Origin: Azolla caroliniana
Lineage: Eukaryota; Plantae; Polypodiophyta
DNA: 64,000 nucleotides
NCBI GenBank assembly: GCA_043228905.1
Contig: JBHGNT010000018.1
Location: 310,001 to 374,000 of the forward strand
Reading direction: 5' to 3'
This document shows, in pieces, positions 1-10,800 of this stretch (position 1 is the stretch's first letter; each line of letters opens with the position of its first letter). The notes beneath the pieces were generated by a model, which did no database searches, was not told the origin of the DNA, and saw nothing but the letters and a program-made list of their open reading frames with translations. The position numbers and the translations under genes were made by a program.

Positions 1-1080
1 GTGGGGATCTCATGGCATGGTAAAACATATTGGGATGATGTAAGATTAGATGGCATAAAGGAAAATACTCCCAAAGACACACGAATTTCTTGAAACCGTT
101 ATTTGCCATGGTCATGATGGTGAAAAATACCAATGCACATTAAGGTGTTCCTTTGCACAATATTCTTGTAAGAGTTTTCCTTATGCACTTTAAATTCTAA
201 AGTAAACAATAGAAGAACAATGCCCATTGAGAAAGAAGGATCAATGCTCCAACCTCCCCCTAAGATTTAATTGAACAATCAATTTAAAGCTTAATGGAAT
301 GGTGCTTACTGAAAAGGAGCCAATGGCCATTAACCTACATAAGGGAAATGATATGTCATTCAAAGAAAGTATCAATATAAAAACATGATGTGATTTGCAT
401 AGAAGCACTAGAACAAATCTAGATAAACATAGAAAACCTTGTGGATTAAGTTAAGTCAAAGGGAAGCAACATGTGAATTACATGTGTAAGTATTTTAAAA
501 GAGTATCTAACTATGGTGGGCTCTAATGTGCAAAAAATCTAAGGGAAGTAATTTATAACTTCCTATTTCTCTCATTTCATATGTAAGTATATGTGTACAT
601 ATATTTATGCAATAAGTTCGAGATTTGGGAATATCTTTATGAGCATACATGCTTAGTAACTAATGATTCAAGGAATGCCAATGCCCAAAACAACAAGAGT
701 TTTGAGCATGGTAAATCGGTATAATTTGCAAATTAAGTTGAATGAAAAAGGAAGGTTAGACAATAGACTATAGTGTATTCCCTCAAAACAGATCTCCAAA
801 GCAAAGGACAACGATCAATTCTCCTTATTGAATTGCATTAAATGTCATGAACCCACCACGATTCAAATTTGAACCCTTCCCCACACAAGGAATAACCTTA
901 TAATAATGCGCATATTTCATTGGATACTTGTTCTTGTATATTCTAGAATCTACTTGAGCACGTACATCTCTAGATCTTTCTTTCCTTACATGCCTCTCAA
1001 GTTTCTTTTCATCCTCTCCAACCTCGTATAAGTATGTGTGTTCCCCTTTATAGATGAACAACACCAGTTACAGAATTCTC

Positions 1081-1220
1081 GTTCTCTTCCTTCTTAGTCA
1101 TCGTTCTCTTTTTGTCTTCCTACCTCACTTTAGTCGATATTTGCATCCTCCATTTCATGCAATCCCTTGTCCATGACACATCTAACTTCATTCTCATTGA
1201 AGTTCAATTTGAGAGAGAGA
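1081..1220. repeat. ~130-bp direct repeat copy A, an uninterrupted paralog of 3600-3683 + 9646-9702
   Basis: gttctcttccttct...cctccatttcatgcaatcccttgtccatgacaca...tcattctcattgaa..ttga(ga)n aligns colinearly with 3600-3683 joined to 9646-9702. Confidence 0.85.
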
Positions 1221-1957
1221 GAGAGAGAGAGAAAGAAAGAAAGAAAGAAAGAAATATTAATGTCTTCTAAGACCAAAATTGGCCCATGAAACAATTGGTT
1301 TACAACAAAAATGGGGTATTTACCCATTCAATGTGTGTGTGTGTCTGAGAGAGAGAGAGAGAGAAAGAAAGAAAGAAATATTAATGTCTTCTAAGACCAA
1401 AATTGGCCTATGAAACAATTGGTTTACAACAAAAATGGGGTATTTACCCATTCAATGTGTGTGTGTGTCTGAGAGAGAGAGAGAGAGAAAGAAAGAAAGA
1501 AATATTAATGTCTTCTAAGACCAAAATTGGCCCATGAAACAATTGGTTTACAACAAAAATGGGGTATTTACCCATTCAATGTGTGTGTGTCTGAGAGAGA
1601 GAGAGAGAGAAAGAAAGAAAGAAATATTAATGTCTTCTAAGACCAAAATTGGCCCATGAAACAATTGGTTTACAACAAAAATGGGGTATTTACCCATTCA
1701 ATGTGTGTGTGTCTGAGAGAGAGAGAGAGAGAAAGAAAGAAAGAAATATTAATGTCTTCTAAGACCAAAATTGGCCCATGAAACAATTGGTTTACAACAA
1801 AAATGGGGTATTTACCCATTCAATGTGTGTGTGTCTGAGAGAGAGAGAGAGAGAAAGAAAGAAAGAAATATTAATGTCTTCTAAGACCAAAATTGGCCCA
1901 TGAAACAATTGGTTTACAACAAAAATGGGGTATTTACCCATTCAATGTGTGTGTGTC

Positions 1958-2012
<55 letters not shown>
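1211..2012. repeat. Tandem array of 6 near-identical 122-124 bp units [(GA)n(GAAA)n + ~70 bp core + (GT)n], ending in a long (GA)n
   Basis: The core tgtcttctaagaccaaaattggcccatgaaacaattggtttacaacaaaaatggggtatttacccattcaa starts at 1261, 1385, 1509, 1631, 1753 and 1875. Units differ almost only in microsatellite length. Confidence 0.97.
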
Positions 2013-2015
<3 letters not shown>

Positions 2016-3599
2016 AGAATTAGAATTTTTACCGTCCATAAAGAGGTCAGTTTTGACATATGGGACTACAATATACATGTGTTCTTGATATGTGTATACT
2101 TCTTAAGAAGGGGTATTCATACATTGAAGCGCAAAGTCTCTATGCGTGAATAAAGCATACACATATGAACTCAACCTTATAGGTGGTGTCTTAAGTATGA
2201 CATTGAAGTTATCACTCCCTCTTAGTATGTCAACATATCTTGAACAAATTGTACTATATGTCGAGCATGTGAAGAGCAAGTGACATTCATCCTCTACCAT
2301 GCCTTCATTGCGTACTTTACATGTCTTCAAATTCGTTACATTTTGATACCATGATGCAACTTTAATACCTAACTTGAGCACTAGAAACCATTGAGATCGA
2401 GTGTGAAGTAGTGTATGGGCTCTACGAGCATTACTACTCATATTGGTAATGAGATAAGGTTGGATACAATCGATTCGTATTCTTGCTTTATATTGAGATC
2501 AGCATTCAAGGTTGACATTTGCAACTTAGTGTTCTAGCTTTGTCCTCTTAGCATCTTCCCACTTCATTCTTAATGATTCCACCAACCTTTCCTCAATCAT
2601 TACATAATGCATAACATCACTCGAAAGCTCTAAAAGATCGTCCACACCCCATCTTCTAAACCATTTCCTTATGTCAACAACCCAACCCTATGAGAGAATC
2701 TTACTCTTATGATTCTTTTGTAGCTTACATCCAATATTCCAAGCAAGATGTGGTAATTGATGATTCGGCATATTCTTGACTTTTTTAATGTATTTATATA
2801 CTCTTTGGAGTGCCAATATTTTTATCGGTCGAACACCTATTTCCAAGAGCATAACTTAGTAAGAGGTGATGCATTTAACTCCTAATTGCCTCCTTAAAAA
2901 CATCTTTTGTATTTTCTCAATCTCATTTCATGCATTAAGAGAGATGGTGCCACCCCATACTTCTACTCCATAAAGCAATACTTGAGTTACCATGACATTG
3001 AACAACATTAGTTTTATTTCCCATTCACAAGTATCACTTTGGTTGCATTGATTCTCCAAAAGGTAATACAATTTCCAACTAGATTGGAACCTAGAATCAA
3101 AGCATGCACTCCATTTATTTGTGGCGGGTACATCAATACCAATATATTTAAAGCTTTGAACAAATTGTATATGTTCACTTCTATATGTGACCATAGGGTA
3201 ATGATGGTTTGCATTACCATCATTTTTGTTTTCTCCACATTCACCGCTAGTCCACACATACTATCAACAACATATGAGAAGAGTACCACGTCATCTGCAT
3301 ATAGAAGCAATAAGATAACATGATGCATCAATTTGGGGGCATTCAATCCTTCTTCTCTTGCAACCTTATTCACCACTTCTTCTAATTTATCAATACATAA
3401 GCCAAAGAGTGTGGGTGATAGTGGACATCCTTGCTTGACCCCCATGTTACTTAGAAAGTGCTTTGAGAATCCACTATCCATTCTTAGTTGGCATTTAACT
3501 TGTAAGTTGTTCATATAGGCGTGCAACAACAATGCAATACTCTAATGGCATGTCAATCCCTACAATTATATTCCAAAGCTCACTTCGTGGTACGGTACT
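2013..3599 (-). mobile_element. 5'-truncated, decayed RTE/RTEX-like non-LTR retrotransposon (RT C-half, C-terminal Cys/His motif, 3' UTR, short (AATTCT)n tail)
   Basis: ORF 3014-3532 has GVKQGCPLSPTLFGL and LLYADD. ORF 2928-3257 has FKYIG and LLYGVEVWG. ORF 2103-2441 has CKV..VEDECHLLFTC. Frameshifted. Tail gaattagaattagaatt at 2011-2027 abuts (GA)n. Confidence 0.85.
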
Positions 3600-4094
3600 G
3601 TTCTCTTCCTTCTCAATTATTGTTCTCATTTTGTCTTCCTACCTCACTTGAGTCAGTATTTGCCTCCTCCATTTCATGCAATCTAGGGATCGGCAATGGC
3701 TCAGCTCAAGCCTAAACTGTTTGGCTTAGCCGGCTCGAAAACAGCTTAGCGGCTCGGCTCGATTTAGGCTTGAACTTGCCTTAACAGTTTGAGCTCGGCT
3801 CGGCTCGGCTCGGCTTGAGCCTCGCCAAACCGGCTCAAGCCGGTTAAGCCGTTTATAAACTTTAGAGAGAGGGAGAGAGAGACAACAGACAAGGGGAAAG
3901 AGAGAGAGGGAGTGAGGGAGGGAGAACTACACAGACGTGGAGAGAGAGAGGGAGGGAGGGAGACAACATATAAGGAGAGAGAGACTACACAAACGAGGAG
4001 AGAGAGAGAGAGGGAGGGAGACAACATATAAGGAGAGAGAGAGAGAGAGACTACACAGAGGGGAGGGGAGAGAGAGAGAGAGGAATTACATAGA

Positions 4095-4140
<46 letters not shown>

Positions 4141-4404
4141 CGCAAAGTTCGGAGATGTTGGAGAAGGGCAAACACTAATTTTGATGTATCTTCTTGCTAC
4201 GATGTCCGTTTCCTTTGTTCTTTAGCTCGTTTCGAAGCCTACACATAGAGCTTTCTAAAGAGTACCTGCACGTATCATTTGCAGGTCTTGGTAGAACGTT
4301 ACGAGTAAAAATTCCATTCGATTGCATGCATCTCATGATCGCTTGCTTTGATTCCTTCTCCAACACAATTACTTGTAAGTGAACTCTCTCCTATTTCTTG
4401 TCAT

Positions 4405-5685
4405 ATGGATGGTAGTGTTTTCATGAATATGGATGAGTCTCCAAATTCTTCAAAGGATGCGTGCATGGTTGAGTTAGTATCAAGCCCAAGAGGGGATGGT
4501 AAAAGAAAACGATGTATTGGAGATAATAGTAATGACATGTCTTATGTTGATGCAATGCGACAAGATGATATTGAGAAAGATGATAGTCATTGGGAACATT
4601 TAAGATGCATGGCAAATATATTAATGGAAGATTGTATAAGGGAGAATGTGAAAGTTGCTGAGGAGTTTGTTGACGATGAAGTGGCTAAGGCAGAAATATA
4701 CAATAAGGAGTTTTTGGGCTCATTTGCTAATTTTTGTGATAAAAGGGTCATATTGTTTTTCACGGGAAAGATACCTTTCCTTTGGAGGGTCAAACAATGG
4801 TTACATGGGATTTTACAAGCTAATTTTGTTCAAGATGTTTATGTTGGTCCTCGTGGATTTTATGAGGTTGTTTTGGTATCACAAGAGTATAAAGAGAAAT
4901 TACTCAATAAATTGCTAGTTTTTTATGAGAAAAGTTTGGTTCATATTGTTCTGTGGAGACCATTAGTGGAATACCAAGATATATTAAAGCAAGAGTGTCC
5001 CGTATGGGTTGAGGTAGAGTGCACATATTCAGTGGTTTGGCCAATATTACGGTCAACGATGGAAAAGTTGGGAAAGATTTTGGTGCCTCCTAGTGCTAAT
5101 GCTCAAAATCAATATCGGATGTGTATTCTTTGGAATACTGTTATAAAGAGGCCAAGTTGTTTACAGATTGCATGTTCTGGTATGCCACCTATGTATTTTC
5201 GGCTTAAATGGGGTACATTTGCAGGACATTGTTTCCATTGTGGTGTGTTGGGGCATTTTATGGCTGAATGTCCTCAAAAAAGAAATAATGTAGTGGAAGT
5301 GGTACATGAAGAGCCTACAACTCATGATCAAATTCAAGATTTGACAATTTCAGAGCAAACAAAGGAACCACAAATTGTGAATGAGAAGGATGAAGGACAA
5401 TGGTCAATAGTTTCTGGAAAGATGAAGAAGTCTAATAAAAATGTTGGGCATAATGTATCTATGGAGAAGGTCACACCGACACATCCCATGCGGAATAAAC
5501 CATGGGCTCGCCAAGAGGACTATCCAAAGAAATTATCTTTTGATAGTAAAGGTAATTTGTATGTTCCTTGGAATAAACGAAAATCGGTGCCTCGTTCACA
5601 TGAGGAGCCATCGGGGTCTGGAGTTTTGCATTCCCATAGTAATTCATATGCAATTTTAGGGGATTTATTTCAGGATATGGCATAA
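4405..5685 (+). CDS. LINE ORF1 protein (DUF4283/RRM-like region plus CCHC zinc knuckle), open reading frame
   Basis: First ATG at 4405 in ORF 4348-5685. Contains GPRGFYEVV, CPVWVE and CFHCGVLGHFMAEC (CX2CX4HX4C). Confidence 0.85.
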   Translation: MDGSVFMNMDESPNSSKDACMVELVSSPRGDGKRKRCIGDNSNDMSYVDAMRQDDIEKDDSHWEHLRCMANILMEDCIRENVKVAEEFVDDEVAKAEIYNKEFLGSFANFCDKRVILFFTGKIPFLWRVKQWLHGILQANFVQDVYVGPRGFYEVVLVSQEYKEKLLNKLLVFYEKSLVHIVLWRPLVEYQDILKQECPVWVEVECTYSVVWPILRSTMEKLGKILVPPSANAQNQYRMCILWNTVIKRPSCLQIACSGMPPMYFRLKWGTFAGHCFHCGVLGHFMAECPQKRNNVVEVVHEEPTTHDQIQDLTISEQTKEPQIVNEKDEGQWSIVSGKMKKSNKNVGHNVSMEKVTPTHPMRNKPWARQEDYPKKLSFDSKGNLYVPWNKRKSVPRSHEEPSGSGVLHSHSNSYAILGDLFQDMA

Positions 5686-5738
5686 ACATTAGCAGTGAAG
5701 GAGAAGGAGATTTCTCGAATAAAAGGAAAAAATAAAGT

Positions 5739-8700
5739 ATGAAGATCACCACATGGAATGTGAGGGGATTGTGTTCTAGATTTAGAATGCATTAGGTTTG
5801 GAGGATTGTGTTAAGTGAGCAATGGGATGTTTTATGTGCAGTAGAGCATAAAGATCATCGGAATGCTGGTTTAATTAGTTATTCTAAGGGTTATACATTA
5901 TGTTATGCTGGCAAGGTTCATGGGGATTATTCTGGGATTGTCATGTTTATAAGAGATAAATTTCACCCTAAACCCTAAACCCTAAACCCACTCAATTAGA
6001 GGTTTTCATGAGTTTTTAGGAAAACCATTGTTGATTTTTAATTCATCATTTTTGGATCATGAGGTCTTCCATGCCTGTATGTGTCAATTGATTGATGCAT
6101 TTGCCTATCGTGTTCAATTTGATGGGTATGAAGCGTGGGAAGTATTTGTTGCAAGTGTTCAGAGGTTAACTAGATATTATGGAATTCACCATGCTTTTAA
6201 AAGGAGAAAGAAATTAAGTCTCCTAGTTAATTTGCTTGATAAATGCAACTCATTGTTAACTTATTGGCCAACGAATGTAGAGTTGATGGGATATCAAGAG
6301 GTATTAATTTCTGCGATGCATGACATAACTGCAAAAAATTATCAACATGCCAGACTACATTGACTACATTGTCTAAGACAAGAAGTGGATGATGCTAATT
6401 GTCAATCACATAAGTTTTTCCATGACCTTCATGAATCACATGCACGACATAATGTGGTAAGGTTAGAGGAAAATGGTATCATGTGTTCCGATCCTCAAGA
6501 AATTGTGAAGAAATGCATAGAATATTACACACAATTGTTGGATGTACAAGTGTGTATCGATGATAATGTTAAAAAGGATAGAGATGTATTTTTTAATGGA
6601 GTAAAAAATCATGTATCGCATGATGTGGCACAATCATTAGATGCTAATATTTCAGAGGATGAGGTGGAACATGTCATGTCACATCTTGCTAATGATAAGA
6701 GTCTTGGGTGGGATGGATTAACACATGAACTCTTTAAGAAATATGTGATTAAGTTAAAGGGGCCTTTTACGATTTTATTTCAGAAGGTGTGGACATCAGG
6801 GGAAATGCCTCATTCTTGGAAGATTGGTTTGATCAAGCTTTTGCCGAAGGTGCCTTCTCCATCTTCCTTTGCTCAATGGAGGCCTATTTCATTGATGGGG
6901 GGAATGTACAAGATTTTTGCAAAAGTGATGGCCAATAGGTTGCATAAGGTTTTACCTTCTATTATTCATAATGCTCAATATGGGTTTTTAGCAAAAAGAG
7001 ACATTTTACATAATATTTTAAATGTTCAAATAGCAATTGACTATGCAAAGGAGTCTAAACAAGAATTAGTGTTGCTACAATTGGATATCGAGAAAGCCTA
7101 TGATAATGTGGATTGGTCATTTATAAATCAATTGATGTCTCATATGGGTTTTGGTGATCGTATGTCTAAGTTGATATACACATTAGGGGAGGGTTCGATT
7201 TCACATGTGATGTTTAATGGAGGAGTAACCCAACCGATTTCTATTCGGAGGTCAGTTAGACAAGGATGCCCGGTAAGTCCTTTACTATTCACTATTGTGA
7301 CACATCCTATTCTTGTTAAGTTACACAATATGGCTATGGGGGAAGAATTGCTTGGACTAAGGTTGCCATCACGAAAGTCATGTATTGTTCAAGCTCTCGC
7401 AAATGACCATATTATGTTTTTGGCACCTAATCGGGAAAATATTAGTAAGACAAGAGATGTGTGGGAATTGTTTTCAAATGCTTCGGGGTTGAGAATTAAT
7501 ATACATAAATCTGTCCTCATTTCATGTACAAAACAAGATGTGTTAGGGTTGGGGTGGTCAGGAAGGATAATACATCGTGGTATGATTTGTCGTCATCTTG
7601 GATATCCAATTGGGGTGGAAGTTTCTCATGTGAAACTTATTGAGTGGGTATCCAAAAGGTTGGAGGATAAGTTTATGTATTGGAGGTCTCAATTTTGGCC
7701 TTTTCATGTACGACTTAAGGTGGTCCAATCGATTATGGTCTCTATGGTATCTTATTATCTTCCTTTGCTCCCATGGTCAAAGAAATCTCTTGAAATGTTG
7801 TCACGCTCGATGCGAATGTTGTTATGGAAAAGAAAAGGGAAAAGTGCCTTGTCATGGTTGGCATGGGATCATGTTTGTACTCCGAAGCATCTTGGTGGGG
7901 CATCAATATTGAATCTATATGAGCATATGGTGGCTCGTCAATTTACTTTCATTCGATTCATGTTTGAAGGTGTACAACCTTGGACAGAAATGGTGGCATA
8001 CTTTATAGAGAAGAACAGAATAAAGCTTGGAAACATGAAGGTTGAAGCAAATTGGTGGAATGTAATTAATTCTGACAGGGATGTCAAATGTACAGGGTCT
8101 ATGATAGTTAATCATTTGTTGACATCTTGGCAAAGTATGTTGGATTTTGTGGAATGACATCCCCTACAAGAAAGGGGATGTGCCAATTCATTACAAATGG
8201 AGGTTTTGGCAACATCAAGGTTGTTGAGGTGGGAAGGTAAACAAATTCTTAACCTTCAATTTAATCGGATGGCTAGATTGGGTTTGGTAAGAGTTAAGGA
8301 TGCTATGTTGGTTTCACAAAGAAGATTAATGGCTTTTCGAACAATAAGATCAACATTTCGTATTCCAAAAGGTTATAACTTTATTTGGGATAAGTTGCAA
8401 CAAATACTATCTTCGCATGAGCTAATTCCTGATTTAGATGGGCGATCTCAAGAGCTTGATTGGAGGTTTGTTGGAAATAAGAGATTGACTATGATCTCAA
8501 CGAATGTTGCTTATCACAAGTTGATTGACAAACATAAGTGGTTGGAAGAAAGGGTTATAAAGATATGGGGTTTTCATAAGCCCATTACTTGGTGGTTTCA
8601 TGTGATCAAGGCAGGTTGGTGTTCTCGATTGATGCTACAAGCCAAGGTATTTATTTGGAGAGTTATGGTTGGAGCTTTACCATTAGGGGATGCATTAAAA

Positions 8701-9141
8701 AGAAGAAACATTACTAAAGGATTGTGTTTCTTTTGTTTGGTGGAATTGGAACATAGTAGGCATGGATTTATTTCATGCCCGATGGCAAGGATGGTTTGGA
8801 GGTGTATCAGTTTAGTGTGGATGTCTCTAACAGGAGTAAGTCTATCTTCCTTCAGTTGGGTTTTTGCACATATGGAGAACAATGAACCGATGGCTCATTT
8901 TCAAATTATTTTTGAGTTCTTGAGGTATTGGGGGCTATGGTTCAATTGGAATATGCAGAATGCCTTCATTTTTTATTCGCAAGTTGGGGTGAGAAAATAT
9001 GTTCTTAAGTTAAAAGGACTTCTTTTGTGGCAATTGACAGTGCTAGAGAAGTCACAAAATCTCAACCAAGAAGAGAGAGAACTCTACAAGGTCACATATC
9101 ATCATATTCGCCATTTGAATTGGTGTGTAGGGTGGCATTGA
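5739..9141 (+). pseudogene. LINE ORF2 (APE endonuclease - reverse transcriptase - zf-RVT), disabled
   Basis: Starts MKITTWNVRGL at 5739. In-frame stops near 5793, 6361 and 8155. EN deletion/frameshift at 5966-5989. RT motifs WRPISL, LDIEKAYDNVDW and SVRQGCPVSP are present, but the catalytic box reads ALANDH instead of YADD/FADD. C-terminal CFFC...HGFISC. Confidence 0.92.
5966..5989. repeat. Interstitial plant telomeric repeat (CCCTAAA)3CCC
   Basis: Exact ccctaaaccctaaaccctaaaccc. Confidence 0.9.
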
Positions 9142-9250
9142 GTTTGGTGTCGTAGTTTTCTTTAGATCCCTAGATAGAAGGGGTTCTATAGTTTGTTGTA
9201 AGTTAGTCATGGTGGTGTTTTTTCTTTCGTAATGAAAGCCATTATTTACG

Positions 9251-9287
<37 letters not shown>

Positions 9288-9325
9288 AGACCACAGACGT
9301 GAGAGAGAGAGAGGAATTACATAGA

Positions 9326-9370
<45 letters not shown>

Positions 9371-9702
9371 AGACCACAGACGTGAGAGAGAGTGGGAGGG
9401 AGAGCTTGTACAATGTATAGTATATAGTATATAGTGAATCATCTGAGAGAGAGAGAGAGAGAGAGAGAGAGGTTTCTAAACCGGTTTACAAGCCGTTTAC
9501 CAAACCGGTTTAGCCTAAACCGGTTTGTGAACCGACTCGGCTCAGGTTTGAGATCTCGTAAACGGTTTAGGCTTAGCCAGTTTTTCTTGGATCAAGCCAA
9601 ACCGGCTAAGCCTAAACCGAACCGTTGCCGATCCCTATTGCAATCCCTCGTCCATGACACACATCTATCTTCATTCTCATTGAAATTTGAGAGAGAGAGA
9701 GA

Positions 9703-10800
9703 GATCATTTTATCATCCATAAAGATGTAATTTTTTTACCTATAAAACCAACTAAATATATCATCTTGATTGTGAAATTCTTCCTGAATAGGGAATTACG
9801 CTCTATATATGTGAAAATAACGCGCACACATTGCACTCACCCTTTATTGGAGAAGATTCCAATATGACACTTAGGCCATCATATTTCTCACGAATTACAA
9901 TATATATTGAGCATGCAAGAAGTGATATTCATCCTCTAGGAGGTTTTCATTGCATTCCATGATGCTATCTCGACACCTACACCTAGCTTGAGTGAGGAAG
10001 TAGAGTAGTGGACAAGCGGGAATGATCCAAGCATACTAACTCTTTGAGAGCTAAGGCTCATGAAAATATTAATATGTGGTTTCGAAAGGGATGTTCTAAC
10101 TTTATACCTAGGATAACATTGAGGGTTAACATTTGCTAGGGTTTAGAAAGGGTTTATATACCATGATAGTTCTTCAATGGTTGAAACCTCCTTTATGATT
10201 TTTTTAATCCAATTCATGAGCCAATCTTCTAAGAAATATTGCTTGATAGCTTGATCCAACATCATTTCTATCTATTGATATGTTTGTGGTCATGTCCATT
10301 TCAAGATCTCACTTGTTATTATAGTTGCATCTGCTACTTTGCCATTATACATACACACATGCCTTAAATGGTGTTTCAATCTTCAACAACATAGGCAATA
10401 TCCTATCATGCATATAAACCTTATGTAAATATTGTTCCATCATTGGTGAACTCACCAATTATATCTTCTTTTTGGCCCTCAAGTTATCTCCATGCCAATT
10501 TCAGTTAGAGTTTAAGCATTTATGTTTTCTATTCTTGCTTTTGATTGTATTGGCTCTTCATCCTCATCATTCTTTGATGTTGACACAATGTTAAGGCTTT
10601 CTTATTTTTATCTTTTGCGAGCTTGAACATTTTGAGATGAGCCATGCATTCTACATCAAACCAAGCATTGCATGGGGAACTAAGCATCTGCATTGAGAAT
10701 GATATCCTTCAATTGCTCACCATTTGTTTCCACATCTTTAATAAGGGGGAGTGGCATAACCCTCACCTTTATTTGCACATAGATTAACTTTCCATGCAAT
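9703..10800 (-). mobile_element. Older, highly decayed RTE/RTEX-like LINE 3' fragment related to 2013-3599
   Basis: Colinear similarity: ttttatcatccataaagatg (~9706) vs ttttaccgtccataaagagg (~2027); aagtgatattcatcctcta (~9920, EDEYH on the minus strand) vs aagtgacattcatcctcta (~2278); ggttaacatttgc vs ggttgacatttgc. Right boundary approximate. Confidence 0.6.

Larger units (their letters stand above)
4138..9255 (+). mobile_element. Near full-length L1/Tx1-like LINE inserted in a (GA)n tract
   Basis: 5' UTR, ORF1 with zinc knuckle, ORF2 with EN-RT-zf-RVT, short 3' UTR and A5 tail (9251-9255). Flanked on both sides by (GA)n. Confidence 0.93.
3684..9637. mobile_element. Non-autonomous hAT-superfamily DNA transposon (~0.83 kb of its own sequence) interrupted by a LINE
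   Basis: TIR TAGGGATCGGCAATGG at 3684 and its reverse complement CCGTTGCCGATCCCTA ending at 9637 (1 mismatch). 8-bp TSD ATGCAATC (3676-3683) / TTGCAATC (9638-9645). Subterminal GCTCG/AAACCGG repeats at both ends. No transposase ORF. Confidence 0.9.

Noticed and set aside
1-1080. Possible decayed transposon coding sequence
   Set aside because: No recognisable motif could be read in any frame.
1211-2012. CRISPR-like regular repeat array
   Set aside because: Units are wholly repeated with no unique spacers, there are no cas genes, and the context is eukaryotic.
3764-4248. ORFs rich in ER/SL dipeptides (also 1893-2153, 9434-9730, 14793-15261, 31152-31622)
   Set aside because: Translations of (GA)n/(CT)n/(GAA)n microsatellites, not proteins.
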